Below, piece after piece: positions 10,425 through 16,726 of a stretch of 16,726 nucleotides of DNA. Under the pieces are notes generated by a model. The model was not told the DNA's origin, searched no databases, and saw nothing but the letters and a program-made list of their open reading frames with translations. Both the position numbers and the translations under genes were made by a program. The first letter of the stretch is position 1; each line of letters opens with the position of its first letter. The stretch comes from Candidatus Sumerlaeia bacterium (GTDB lineage Bacteria; Sumerlaeota; Sumerlaeia; SLMS01). The DNA lies in contig JBBQYG010000083.1 in assembly GCA_038208905.1 (NCBI GenBank), forward strand, positions 1-16,726, written 5' to 3'.

Positions 10425-11864
10425 TTATCGCTTCATTCTCAGGTCGGTGATCGCCTTCTTGGCCACCTGGTTCTTGGGATCGAGCGTCAGCACCTGCTGG
10501 TACTCCGCCAGTGCGCTGCGCACGTCGCCCTTCATGTCATAGGTGGCGGCGATCTCCAGGTGCACCTCGGCGCTTTTGGGCATCAGCGCCAGGAGCTGCT
10601 TGAAGTGAACCAGCGCCTGGGTGAAGATGCCCTTGGACCGGAAAGCCTTCCCCATGTTCAGGTGCGCCTTCACCAGGTGCTCCCGCGTGGTGGGGTTCTT
10701 GGGATCGATGGACATGCTGCGTTTCCAGCAGTTGAACGCCTCGTCCTTTTGCCCGCTGTTGAGCATCGCCCAGCCCAGCAGGTTCCACACGTCGGTATTC
10801 TTGGGGTGCTTGCGGGTGAGGATTTGCAGTTCCTCGCGGGCCTCGGCGAAGAGCTTCTCCTCCATCAACTTGTTGCAGAGCTGGAAGTGGGCGTCGAAGT
10901 CGTCGGGGTTTAGCTTCACGATGTCCCGGTTGCGTTCGATGCTGGCCGAGGCCGTTGGCGGCGCGGGCGGGCCGGAGGCGGCGAGCTTGGGCACCGCCGT
11001 GGAGGATCCACCCGTCGGGCGGGGCGCCGGCGGACCGAGCTTGGGCACCGCCGCGGAGGAGGCCACCGGCACGGGCTGGGACACGCGCACCTGGGCCGCC
11101 GAGCGGCGCGGCGCCGAGGCGATCAGGTCGGAGATGTCCTCCTGGTGGCCAAGCGCCTCCGTCAGCAGAAACCGCATGTAGTCGTTCGTGGGGTCGCGCT
11201 CGAGCTGGCGCTTCCACCGGGCCATGACTTCCTCCCAGTAGCGCACAGTGCGCACGGAATCGCGGCAGCGCTCTGAAAGGATCGCAAGGTTGTGGATGAT
11301 CTCCGTGCTGTCGGGGTCCATCTTGAGCGCCCGCTCCAGCAGCTCGATCGCCTCCTCGTTCAGGCCATGCAGCGCATAGGAAATCCCGAGGTTCGAGCAA
11401 GCGAGTTCGAGGTTGTGGCGCGCCCGCGCGTGGGAGGGCTCGTGCTCGAGCACCTCGGACCAATCGCGGATCGCCTCGCCCAGCAGCTTGCGCGTGACCA
11501 GATAGTGGGCCCGGGAAAACAGCACGCGCAGCAGGGCGGACTTCAGGTCGTCGTTCATGATGTGCGCCAGATAATCCCGACGCACCTTGTTGACCATCTC
11601 GTCGTCGGGCGGTTCCGGATCGCGCCACTTCTCGTCCTCCTGAAACAGGTACTCGCCCTGGGCCATGTTGAAGGAAAGGATGTCTTCCTTGGCGCGCGAC
11701 TTCACCTGCCGCAGGCGGTCATAGGCCTGCTGGATGACCATGAAGCGCTCTGTATGCTTTTCCGGGTCGTACTTCTTGACCAGATTGACGTAGGCCGCCT
11801 TGACCTCTTTCTCCGTGGAACTCTTGGGGATTCCAAGGATGGCGTAGGCGCTGTTCTCGATCAT
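10425..11864 (-). CDS. J-domain (HPD replaced by DPE) plus two TPR blocks separated by a Pro/Ala/Ser-rich linker (479 aa)
   Basis: MIENSAYAILGIPKSSTEKEVKAAYVNLVKKYDPEK...FMVIQQAYDRL aligns without gaps to the DnaJ N-terminus. TPR-like units include EAIELLERALKMDPDS, EAFNCWKRSMSIDPKN and ALAEYQQVLTLDPKN. Start placed at 11864 by J-domain register. Confidence 0.9.
   Translation of the reverse strand: MIENSAYAILGIPKSSTEKEVKAAYVNLVKKYDPEKHTERFMVIQQAYDRLRQVKSRAKEDILSFNMAQGEYLFQEDEKWRDPEPPDDEMVNKVRRDYLAHIMNDDLKSALLRVLFSRAHYLVTRKLLGEAIRDWSEVLEHEPSHARARHNLELACSNLGISYALHGLNEEAIELLERALKMDPDSTEIIHNLAILSERCRDSVRTVRYWEEVMARWKRQLERDPTNDYMRFLLTEALGHQEDISDLIASAPRRSAAQVRVSQPVPVASSAAVPKLGPPAPRPTGGSSTAVPKLAASGPPAPPTASASIERNRDIVKLNPDDFDAHFQLCNKLMEEKLFAEAREELQILTRKHPKNTDVWNLLGWAMLNSGQKDEAFNCWKRSMSIDPKNPTTREHLVKAHLNMGKAFRSKGIFTQALVHFKQLLALMPKSAEVHLEIAATYDMKGDVRSALAEYQQVLTLDPKNQVAKKAITDLRMKR
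10982..11060. repeat. 25-bp intragenic direct repeat (period 54 bp) encoding SS(A/T)AVPKL twice
   Basis: cgagcttgggcaccgccgtggagga (10982-11006) and cgagcttgggcaccgccgcggagga (11036-11060), one mismatch. Confidence 0.9.
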
Positions 11865-12047
11865 GGAATCTATCCGGTCTTCTGGTCGCTGGCTGGGGGA
11901 GGCGCCGAAGCCCTCCCGATGGACCCGGGCTGGGGCCCCGATAGGGAGAACGGGGGCGAGGCCAGCATGACTCCGTCCCCTCTGGTGTCGAGTAAAGGCC
12001 ACCCTCCGCACAGAGCAAGGAAAAACCCGGTGGCAGGGAACGGCGCG

Positions 12048-13046
12048 TCACACCGCCAGGCGCGCCGCCAGCTTCACCGCCGCGATGATGCTGCCCAGGC
12101 TCGCCGTCCCCGTTCCGGCGATGTCATAGGCGGTGCCGTGGTCGGGGCTGGTGCGCGGGAACGGAAGTCCCATCGTAACGTTCACGCCGTCCTCGAAGCT
12201 GACCATCTTGAAGGGGATCAGCCCCTGATCGTGGTACATGCAAAGGTGCGCCTGATACTTGCGCACTGACACGGGCGTAAAGGCCGAGTCGGGCACCACG
12301 GGGCCCTCCGCGTCGTAGCCTTCCTCGCGCAGGAGCCGCACCGCGGGCTCGATGATCTCGTCGTCCTCCGTGCCGAGAAGGCCGCTCTCACCCGAGTGGG
12401 GGTTCAGGCCCAGCACGGCGATCCGGGGCTTCTGGCCGCGAAGGCGCTCCACCGCGTCGGCAAGCAGCTCCCCCACGGCAACGATGCGCGCGGTATCCAG
12501 CGAGCCGGGGACCGACGCCAGCGACTGGTGAATCGTGACCAGGCCGACGGCGAGGCGGTCGCTGTACATCATCATGGCGTAGTTGGGAGAGGCGGTGGCC
12601 TCCCCGAAGATCTCCGTGTGGCCGGGCGCCTCGATACCGCCCAGGCTAAGCGCCAGCTTGTTGATCGGCGCCGTGGTCACGCCCTGGATCGCGCCGGACC
12701 ACGCAAGGCGGATCGACGCGCGTATATACTCGTAGCAGGCGCGCCCGCCCTCCGCGCAGGGGAGCGCCATCGTCACGGGCTCCGCAAGGAATCCGCAGTC
12801 CACCATCTCGATGGCGTCCCCGGGCACCGGCGTGGAGGAGAGCGCGTCGGCCACGGTGGCCTCTGTATAGACGGCGAATTCGCGATCGCAGCGCGCCACC
12901 GGGCGGATGGCCTCCAGCACCGATCTGTCACCGATCAGCACCGGGCGGCACACGGTGCGGATCTCCCGCAGCCCAGCCACGCGCAGGGCGATCTCCGGCC
13001 CGATGCCGGCGGGGTCTCCGATGGTGATGCCGATGGTAGGTAGCAT
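12048..13046 (-). CDS. pdxA: 4-hydroxythreonine-4-phosphate dehydrogenase (PdxA/PdxA2 family)
   Basis: GDPAGIGPE, TAPINK, GHTE, VTIH, LNPHSGE, MYHDQGLIPFK and RTSPDHGTAYDIAG. Start placed at MLPTIG (13046). Confidence 0.95.
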   Translation of the reverse strand: MLPTIGITIGDPAGIGPEIALRVAGLREIRTVCRPVLIGDRSVLEAIRPVARCDREFAVYTEATVADALSSTPVPGDAIEMVDCGFLAEPVTMALPCAEGGRACYEYIRASIRLAWSGAIQGVTTAPINKLALSLGGIEAPGHTEIFGEATASPNYAMMMYSDRLAVGLVTIHQSLASVPGSLDTARIVAVGELLADAVERLRGQKPRIAVLGLNPHSGESGLLGTEDDEIIEPAVRLLREEGYDAEGPVVPDSAFTPVSVRKYQAHLCMYHDQGLIPFKMVSFEDGVNVTMGLPFPRTSPDHGTAYDIAGTGTASLGSIIAAVKLAARLAV

Positions 13047-13208
13047 GGGCGGGGCCCTTTTTTTGGAGATGTGGGAGTTATGGAACACTCACGGCGAGAG
13101 GTTGAATCATCGCAGAGGGCGCCCCGGCCCGGCAAGCCAAGCCCCGAAACAGGCTCCAATCGGTCGTTGTGATCAAAAAGAGCCACACGGGCCGTTGTTG
13201 GACCGACT

Positions 13209-13217
13209 TGATAAAAT
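13209..13217 (+). promoter_or_regulatory. Putative extended -10 promoter element for glnA (TG-A-TAAAAT)
   Basis: TGATAAAAT matches TGnTAnnnT within an AT-rich patch of the pdxA/glnA divergent region. No good -35 element. Confidence 0.45.
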
Positions 13218-13383
13218 TTAACCAGCACGTGGCCCTTTCTTTCCTGCTGATTTCGCTGGAGCACCCGCAAAGCGGTTCTTCTAATGCGCCCCACGTTTGG
13301 GTGCCCGCCGGGGCGCCCGGCGCCGCCGGAGGGGTTTTCGTCTCCCTCGGCCCACTTCCACCCAAAGGAGAGGCTTCGCGAAG

Positions 13384-14811
13384 ATGAAACCTTCCGAGGT
13401 ATTCCAGCTCATCAAGTCGAAGAATGTCCGCTTCGTCGATTTCAAGTTCACCGACATGCCGGGCCTTCAGCAGCACTTCACCTGTCCCGTCGCCGATGTT
13501 GACGAGAGCATCTTCACCGAAGGCCACGGCTTCGACGGTTCCTCCATCCGCGGATGGCGCGCCATCAACGAATCCGACATGCTCCTGATCCCCGATCCCG
13601 CCACGGCGATGATCGATCCCTTCTGCGATATTCCCACGCTCTCCATGGTGGGCAACGTCGTCGATCCCCTCACCCGCGAGAAGTACAACCGCGACCCCCG
13701 CAACATCGCCCTCAACGCCGAGGCCTACCTCAAGAGCACCGGCCTGGGCGACGTCTCCTTCTTCGGCCCCGAGCTTGAGTTCTTCCTCTTCTCCGAAGTC
13801 CGCTACGAGTCCGGCCCCTCCGGCAGCTTCTACGTCGTTGACAGCCCCGAGGCCGCCTGGAACTCCGGCAAGGACGACCGCGAGGACTATGGCCGCCCCA
13901 ACCTGGGCGGCAAGATCCGCCACAAGGAAGGCTACTTCCCCCTTCCCCCCACCGACACCCTGCAGAACGTCCGCAACGAGATGGTCGATGTGATGGAGAA
14001 GTGCGGCATCCACGTGGAGACGCACCACCACGAGGTCGCCACCGCCGGGCAGTGCGAGATCGACATGCGCTTCGACGAGCTGCTCAAGATGGCCGACAAG
14101 TCGCTCCTCTACAAGTACATCATCAAGAACGTCGCGGTGAAGCACAACCTCTCCGCCTGCTTCATGCCCAAGCCCATCTATGGCGACAACGGCTCCGGCA
14201 TGCACACCCACATCTCCATCTGGAAGGGTGGCAAGAACCTGATGGCCGGAAACGGCTATGCGGGCCTTTCGGAGTTCGCCCTGCACTTCATCGGCGGCCT
14301 GCTCAAGCACGCCCCCGCGCTGCTCGCCCTCACCAACCCGACGACCAACAGCTACAAGCGCCTGGTCCCCGGCTACGAGGCCCCCGTCAACCTCGCCTAC
14401 TCCCAGCGCAACCGCTCCGCCGCGATCCGCATCCCCATGTACAGCACCAGCGAGAAGTCCAAGCGCGTCGAGTTCCGCTGCCCCGATCCCCTTGCCAACC
14501 CCTACCTCGCCTTCCCCGCCCTCCTCATGGCCGGGCTGGACGGCGTCCAGAACAAGATCGACCCGGGCAAGCCCCTCGACAAGAACATCTACGACCTCCC
14601 CGCCGAGGAAGCCAAGCGCGTCCCCAAGGCGCCGGGCTCCCTGGAAGCCGCCCTCGACGCCCTCGAAGCCGACCACGAGTTCCTCTGCAAGGGCGACGTG
14701 TTCACCCACGACCTCATCGAGTCCTACATCGAGTTCAAGCGTAAGGACGAAGTGGACGCCATGCGCCTCCGCCCCCACCCCCACGAGTTCGTCCTGTACT
14801 ACAACCAGTAA
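13384..14811 (+). CDS. glnA: Glutamine synthetase type I (GSI-beta, adenylylation Tyr motif present)
   Basis: [82 protein letters not shown] and [21 protein letters not shown] at 13364-13373 supports ATG 13384. Confidence 0.99.
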   Translation: MKPSEVFQLIKSKNVRFVDFKFTDMPGLQQHFTCPVADVDESIFTEGHGFDGSSIRGWRAINESDMLLIPDPATAMIDPFCDIPTLSMVGNVVDPLTREKYNRDPRNIALNAEAYLKSTGLGDVSFFGPELEFFLFSEVRYESGPSGSFYVVDSPEAAWNSGKDDREDYGRPNLGGKIRHKEGYFPLPPTDTLQNVRNEMVDVMEKCGIHVETHHHEVATAGQCEIDMRFDELLKMADKSLLYKYIIKNVAVKHNLSACFMPKPIYGDNGSGMHTHISIWKGGKNLMAGNGYAGLSEFALHFIGGLLKHAPALLALTNPTTNSYKRLVPGYEAPVNLAYSQRNRSAAIRIPMYSTSEKSKRVEFRCPDPLANPYLAFPALLMAGLDGVQNKIDPGKPLDKNIYDLPAEEAKRVPKAPGSLEAALDALEADHEFLCKGDVFTHDLIESYIEFKRKDEVDAMRLRPHPHEFVLYYNQ

Positions 14812-14838
14812 CCCGCCACACAGACCGCATGATGGAAC

Positions 14839-14876
14839 GCGCCCCCCGGAGAAGGAATCCGGGGGGCGCTGTTATT
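14839..14876 (+). terminator. Intrinsic terminator-like hairpin after glnA
   Basis: Perfect 12-bp stem GCGCCCCCCGGA / TCCGGGGGGCGC with a 7-nt loop, followed by TGTTATT; lies between convergent genes. Confidence 0.75.
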
Positions 14877-14934
14877 GTAGCACGGCGCGTCTCGCCCGTG
14901 CTCCGCGAATGACCGCGGCGGCGACGGCCCCTAC
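14877..14934. repeat. GTAG-type REP-like element with an inverted partner ending in CTAC
   Basis: GTAG at 14877 overlaps the hairpin AGCACGG-N10-CCGTGCT (14879-14902). A GC-rich segment ends in CTAC at 14931-14934. Confidence 0.5.
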
Positions 14935-14958
14935 CTTCGGGGCCGCCCATCCCGCCGT

Positions 14959-16656
14959 TCAACCCGACCCATCGCCGCCGCGCCGCTCGCGAATCAGGGC
15001 CTGGGCCCGATCCACATTCCCTTGCGCGATGCCGCGATAGTATTCCAACCCCGGCTGGGTGAACACCTCCAGCGCCGCGCGATAGGCCGCCACCGCCTCC
15101 TCCAGCCTCGCCGTCCCGCTCTCCCGCCCGCCGAGGGTCGCGAGGGCGTTGCCGAGGTTGTTCTGCGTCATCGCCCAGTCGAGGGGAACGCGCTCGCGAG
15201 GATACTCCTTCAAGATGCTATTCAGAAGGGCGATCTCTTCCTCGAGCGCTTCGTTGTCCCCCTTATCTACTCCTTGGTTGTGCAATGCGTCCGCCGCGCG
15301 TTGGCGATAAGTTCGGGCCGCTGTGGGGTCATGCTCGGACATCAGCTTGAAGGCCTCGCCGAAGAGATTGGCTGCCTCCCGGTATGCCCATCGGAGGAGC
15401 GCCGCCTCGGCGCGCGTGGCGCGGATATCGGCAGCATCTCGATCTTGGCGATTAAGCTCCTCGCGCAGCAGCAGCCGCGACTCGTCCACCTTCTGTTGAA
15501 CACCAATCAGGAGTCGTTCCGCCTCAACAAGTCGCCCTTCCGTGAGCGCCGCTCGGGCGAGCCGCAACACCTCGCCAGCCTCGCGGGAAAAGAGTCCCAA
15601 CCTCGCAAGCCGCTCTTCTAGTACTTTGTATCGCGTGGCGAATTCCGTGAGTTTCTCCGGCCATTTCTCGAAGGACACCTCATCACCCTTCAACTGGACA
15701 AGACAGGCACCGATGGCCCCTTTCGCGATTCCCAGTTCTAGGCTAAGTTTCTCGTTTCTCGCTGTTACGTCTGGGAGAATTGCGAGTATGAGGCCCAGCT
15801 TTCCCTTGATATCCCCGATTCCGGACTCCATCCGGTCGAGCTGCGGTTTCATATCACTGATACTGCGCTCCAGAAGTAGAATCCCGGAGTCCAGTCCCGC
15901 TAGATGACACTTCAACTCCTTGCGTGTGACACCAACGGCGTGGAGGAGTACGTGTTGGCCTTGCTCCGCCTCGCCCTGAATCTGACGCAGCACCGCAAGC
16001 GTGGTCTTCTGTCCGCCCAGAATCTCCTCCGTCGCGCTAAGCTGGAAGGCGCGCATCTTCACTTCGTCGTGCTCGAGGACCTGCTTGAAGTCATGCACGA
16101 ACCAGCGGGGAAGTTCGCGGACGACATAGTCCCGGATGGAGTCGCGGTAGGAGAGATAGCCGAGTCCGGCCTCGTCGATGATGGCATCGGCGAGTTCCCG
16201 CCATGCTTCCTCCGAGAAGATGGCATCGCCCTCTCGCGCGGCGACGAGGAGGAGCGGCAGGTGGGGCTCCGAGGCAGCGGCGAACCCAGTGAGTTCCGCC
16301 GCTGCGATGCGCTTCCACACGCGCATCGCGGCCGGGCCGAGGCTATCGAGCTTGGCCGCCTCGTCGGGAAACTTTTCCTTCAGCCGCATCGTGAAGAAGA
16401 GCTCCATCGACTCGCCGACGGCGGCGACCAGATCCTCGCTGCGGAGCACGTTCTCTGCCTGGGGCGAGCGAGTGATCCGCTTATCGATCTCGCTGGCGAT
16501 GAGGTTGCCCGCGATACCTGCGCCGGCGCGAATGACCTCAAGAGCGAGTGCCGCACCACTCGCGACGCCCGCAGGCGTAGCGATCAAGGCCCCAATGGCA
16601 ATGCTCGCCCCCATGGTGACCAGTGATCCGGCGCAGATGCAGAAGTTTCGATTCAT
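14959..16656 (-). CDS. Hypothetical protein: unknown N-terminal domain, coiled coil and C-terminal TPR region of the RERVPLDWAMTQNNLG type (565 aa)
   Basis: The C-terminal GDNEALEE..RERVPLDWAMTQNNLGNALATLGGRESGTARLEEAVAAYRAALE is a recognisable TPR-type repeat. The central region is heptad-rich and the N-terminus is Gly/Ala-rich and hydrophobic. Alternative start at 16614. Confidence 0.85.
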   Translation of the reverse strand: MNRNFCICAGSLVTMGASIAIGALIATPAGVASGAALALEVIRAGAGIAGNLIASEIDKRITRSPQAENVLRSEDLVAAVGESMELFFTMRLKEKFPDEAAKLDSLGPAAMRVWKRIAAAELTGFAAASEPHLPLLLVAAREGDAIFSEEAWRELADAIIDEAGLGYLSYRDSIRDYVVRELPRWFVHDFKQVLEHDEVKMRAFQLSATEEILGGQKTTLAVLRQIQGEAEQGQHVLLHAVGVTRKELKCHLAGLDSGILLLERSISDMKPQLDRMESGIGDIKGKLGLILAILPDVTARNEKLSLELGIAKGAIGACLVQLKGDEVSFEKWPEKLTEFATRYKVLEERLARLGLFSREAGEVLRLARAALTEGRLVEAERLLIGVQQKVDESRLLLREELNRQDRDAADIRATRAEAALLRWAYREAANLFGEAFKLMSEHDPTAARTYRQRAADALHNQGVDKGDNEALEEEIALLNSILKEYPRERVPLDWAMTQNNLGNALATLGGRESGTARLEEAVAAYRAALEVFTQPGLEYYRGIAQGNVDRAQALIRERRGGDGSG

Positions 16657-16726
16657 CGATACCGTCCCGCCCAGTCTGGTTCCAACTCAGGATGGGCCCA
16701 CCCTATCGTGCGGCGTGGGATTCGCA

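Noticed and set aside
11865-12047. CIRCE or HAIR heat-shock operator ahead of the chaperone operon, and the N-terminal ORF extension to 12011
   Set aside because: No TTAGCACTC-N9-GAGTGCTAA or CTTGAGT-N7-ACTCAAG is present. The extension precedes a J-domain that aligns exactly from Met 11864.
13229-13304. Sigma54 promoter or NtrC site upstream of glnA (TGGCCC...CTGCT; GCGC...GTGC)
   Set aside because: The GG-to-GC spacing is 13 rather than 10, and the NtrC-like half-sites are 11 rather than 7 bp apart.
13078-14784. 568-aa minus-strand ORF (likewise 293..1732 and 11292..12269 on +)
   Set aside because: These are antisense shadows of glnA, aroC and the J-TPR/pdxA region.

Overview
GC-rich bacterial chromosomal window; the taxon cannot be determined from the sequence alone. 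Left to right: the 3' end of a probably decayed IS630-family transposase, aroC (-), an ORFan (+), a multi-pass membrane protein (+), a class I SAM methyltransferase (+), speA (+), ribD (-), a repeat-rich 620-bp intergenic region, a tight three-gene chaperone operon (-) encoding a J-domain/TPR protein, a GrpE-like protein and an Hsp70, then pdxA (-), type I glnA (+) with a terminator and a REP-like element, and a mosaic coiled-coil/TPR protein (-). The best candidate for an undescribed system is the chaperone triad. The J-domain has DPE instead of HPD and has lost helix II basic residues. The neighbouring Hsp70 keeps its catalytic residues but is altered at J-docking and allosteric positions (E. 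coli numbering: D393H, N170D, E217Q, D477R, plus a 14-aa pre-linker insertion), and the GrpE motifs also deviate. This suggests a private, orthogonal Hsp70 machine with a TPR client adaptor (inference). The non-coding DNA holds a duplicated promoter-like motif, seven triple-9-mer repeats, GGCA-loop hairpins, a 10-mer tandem array and a structured glnA leader. All alignments were done by eye against remembered consensus sequences; no searches were run.
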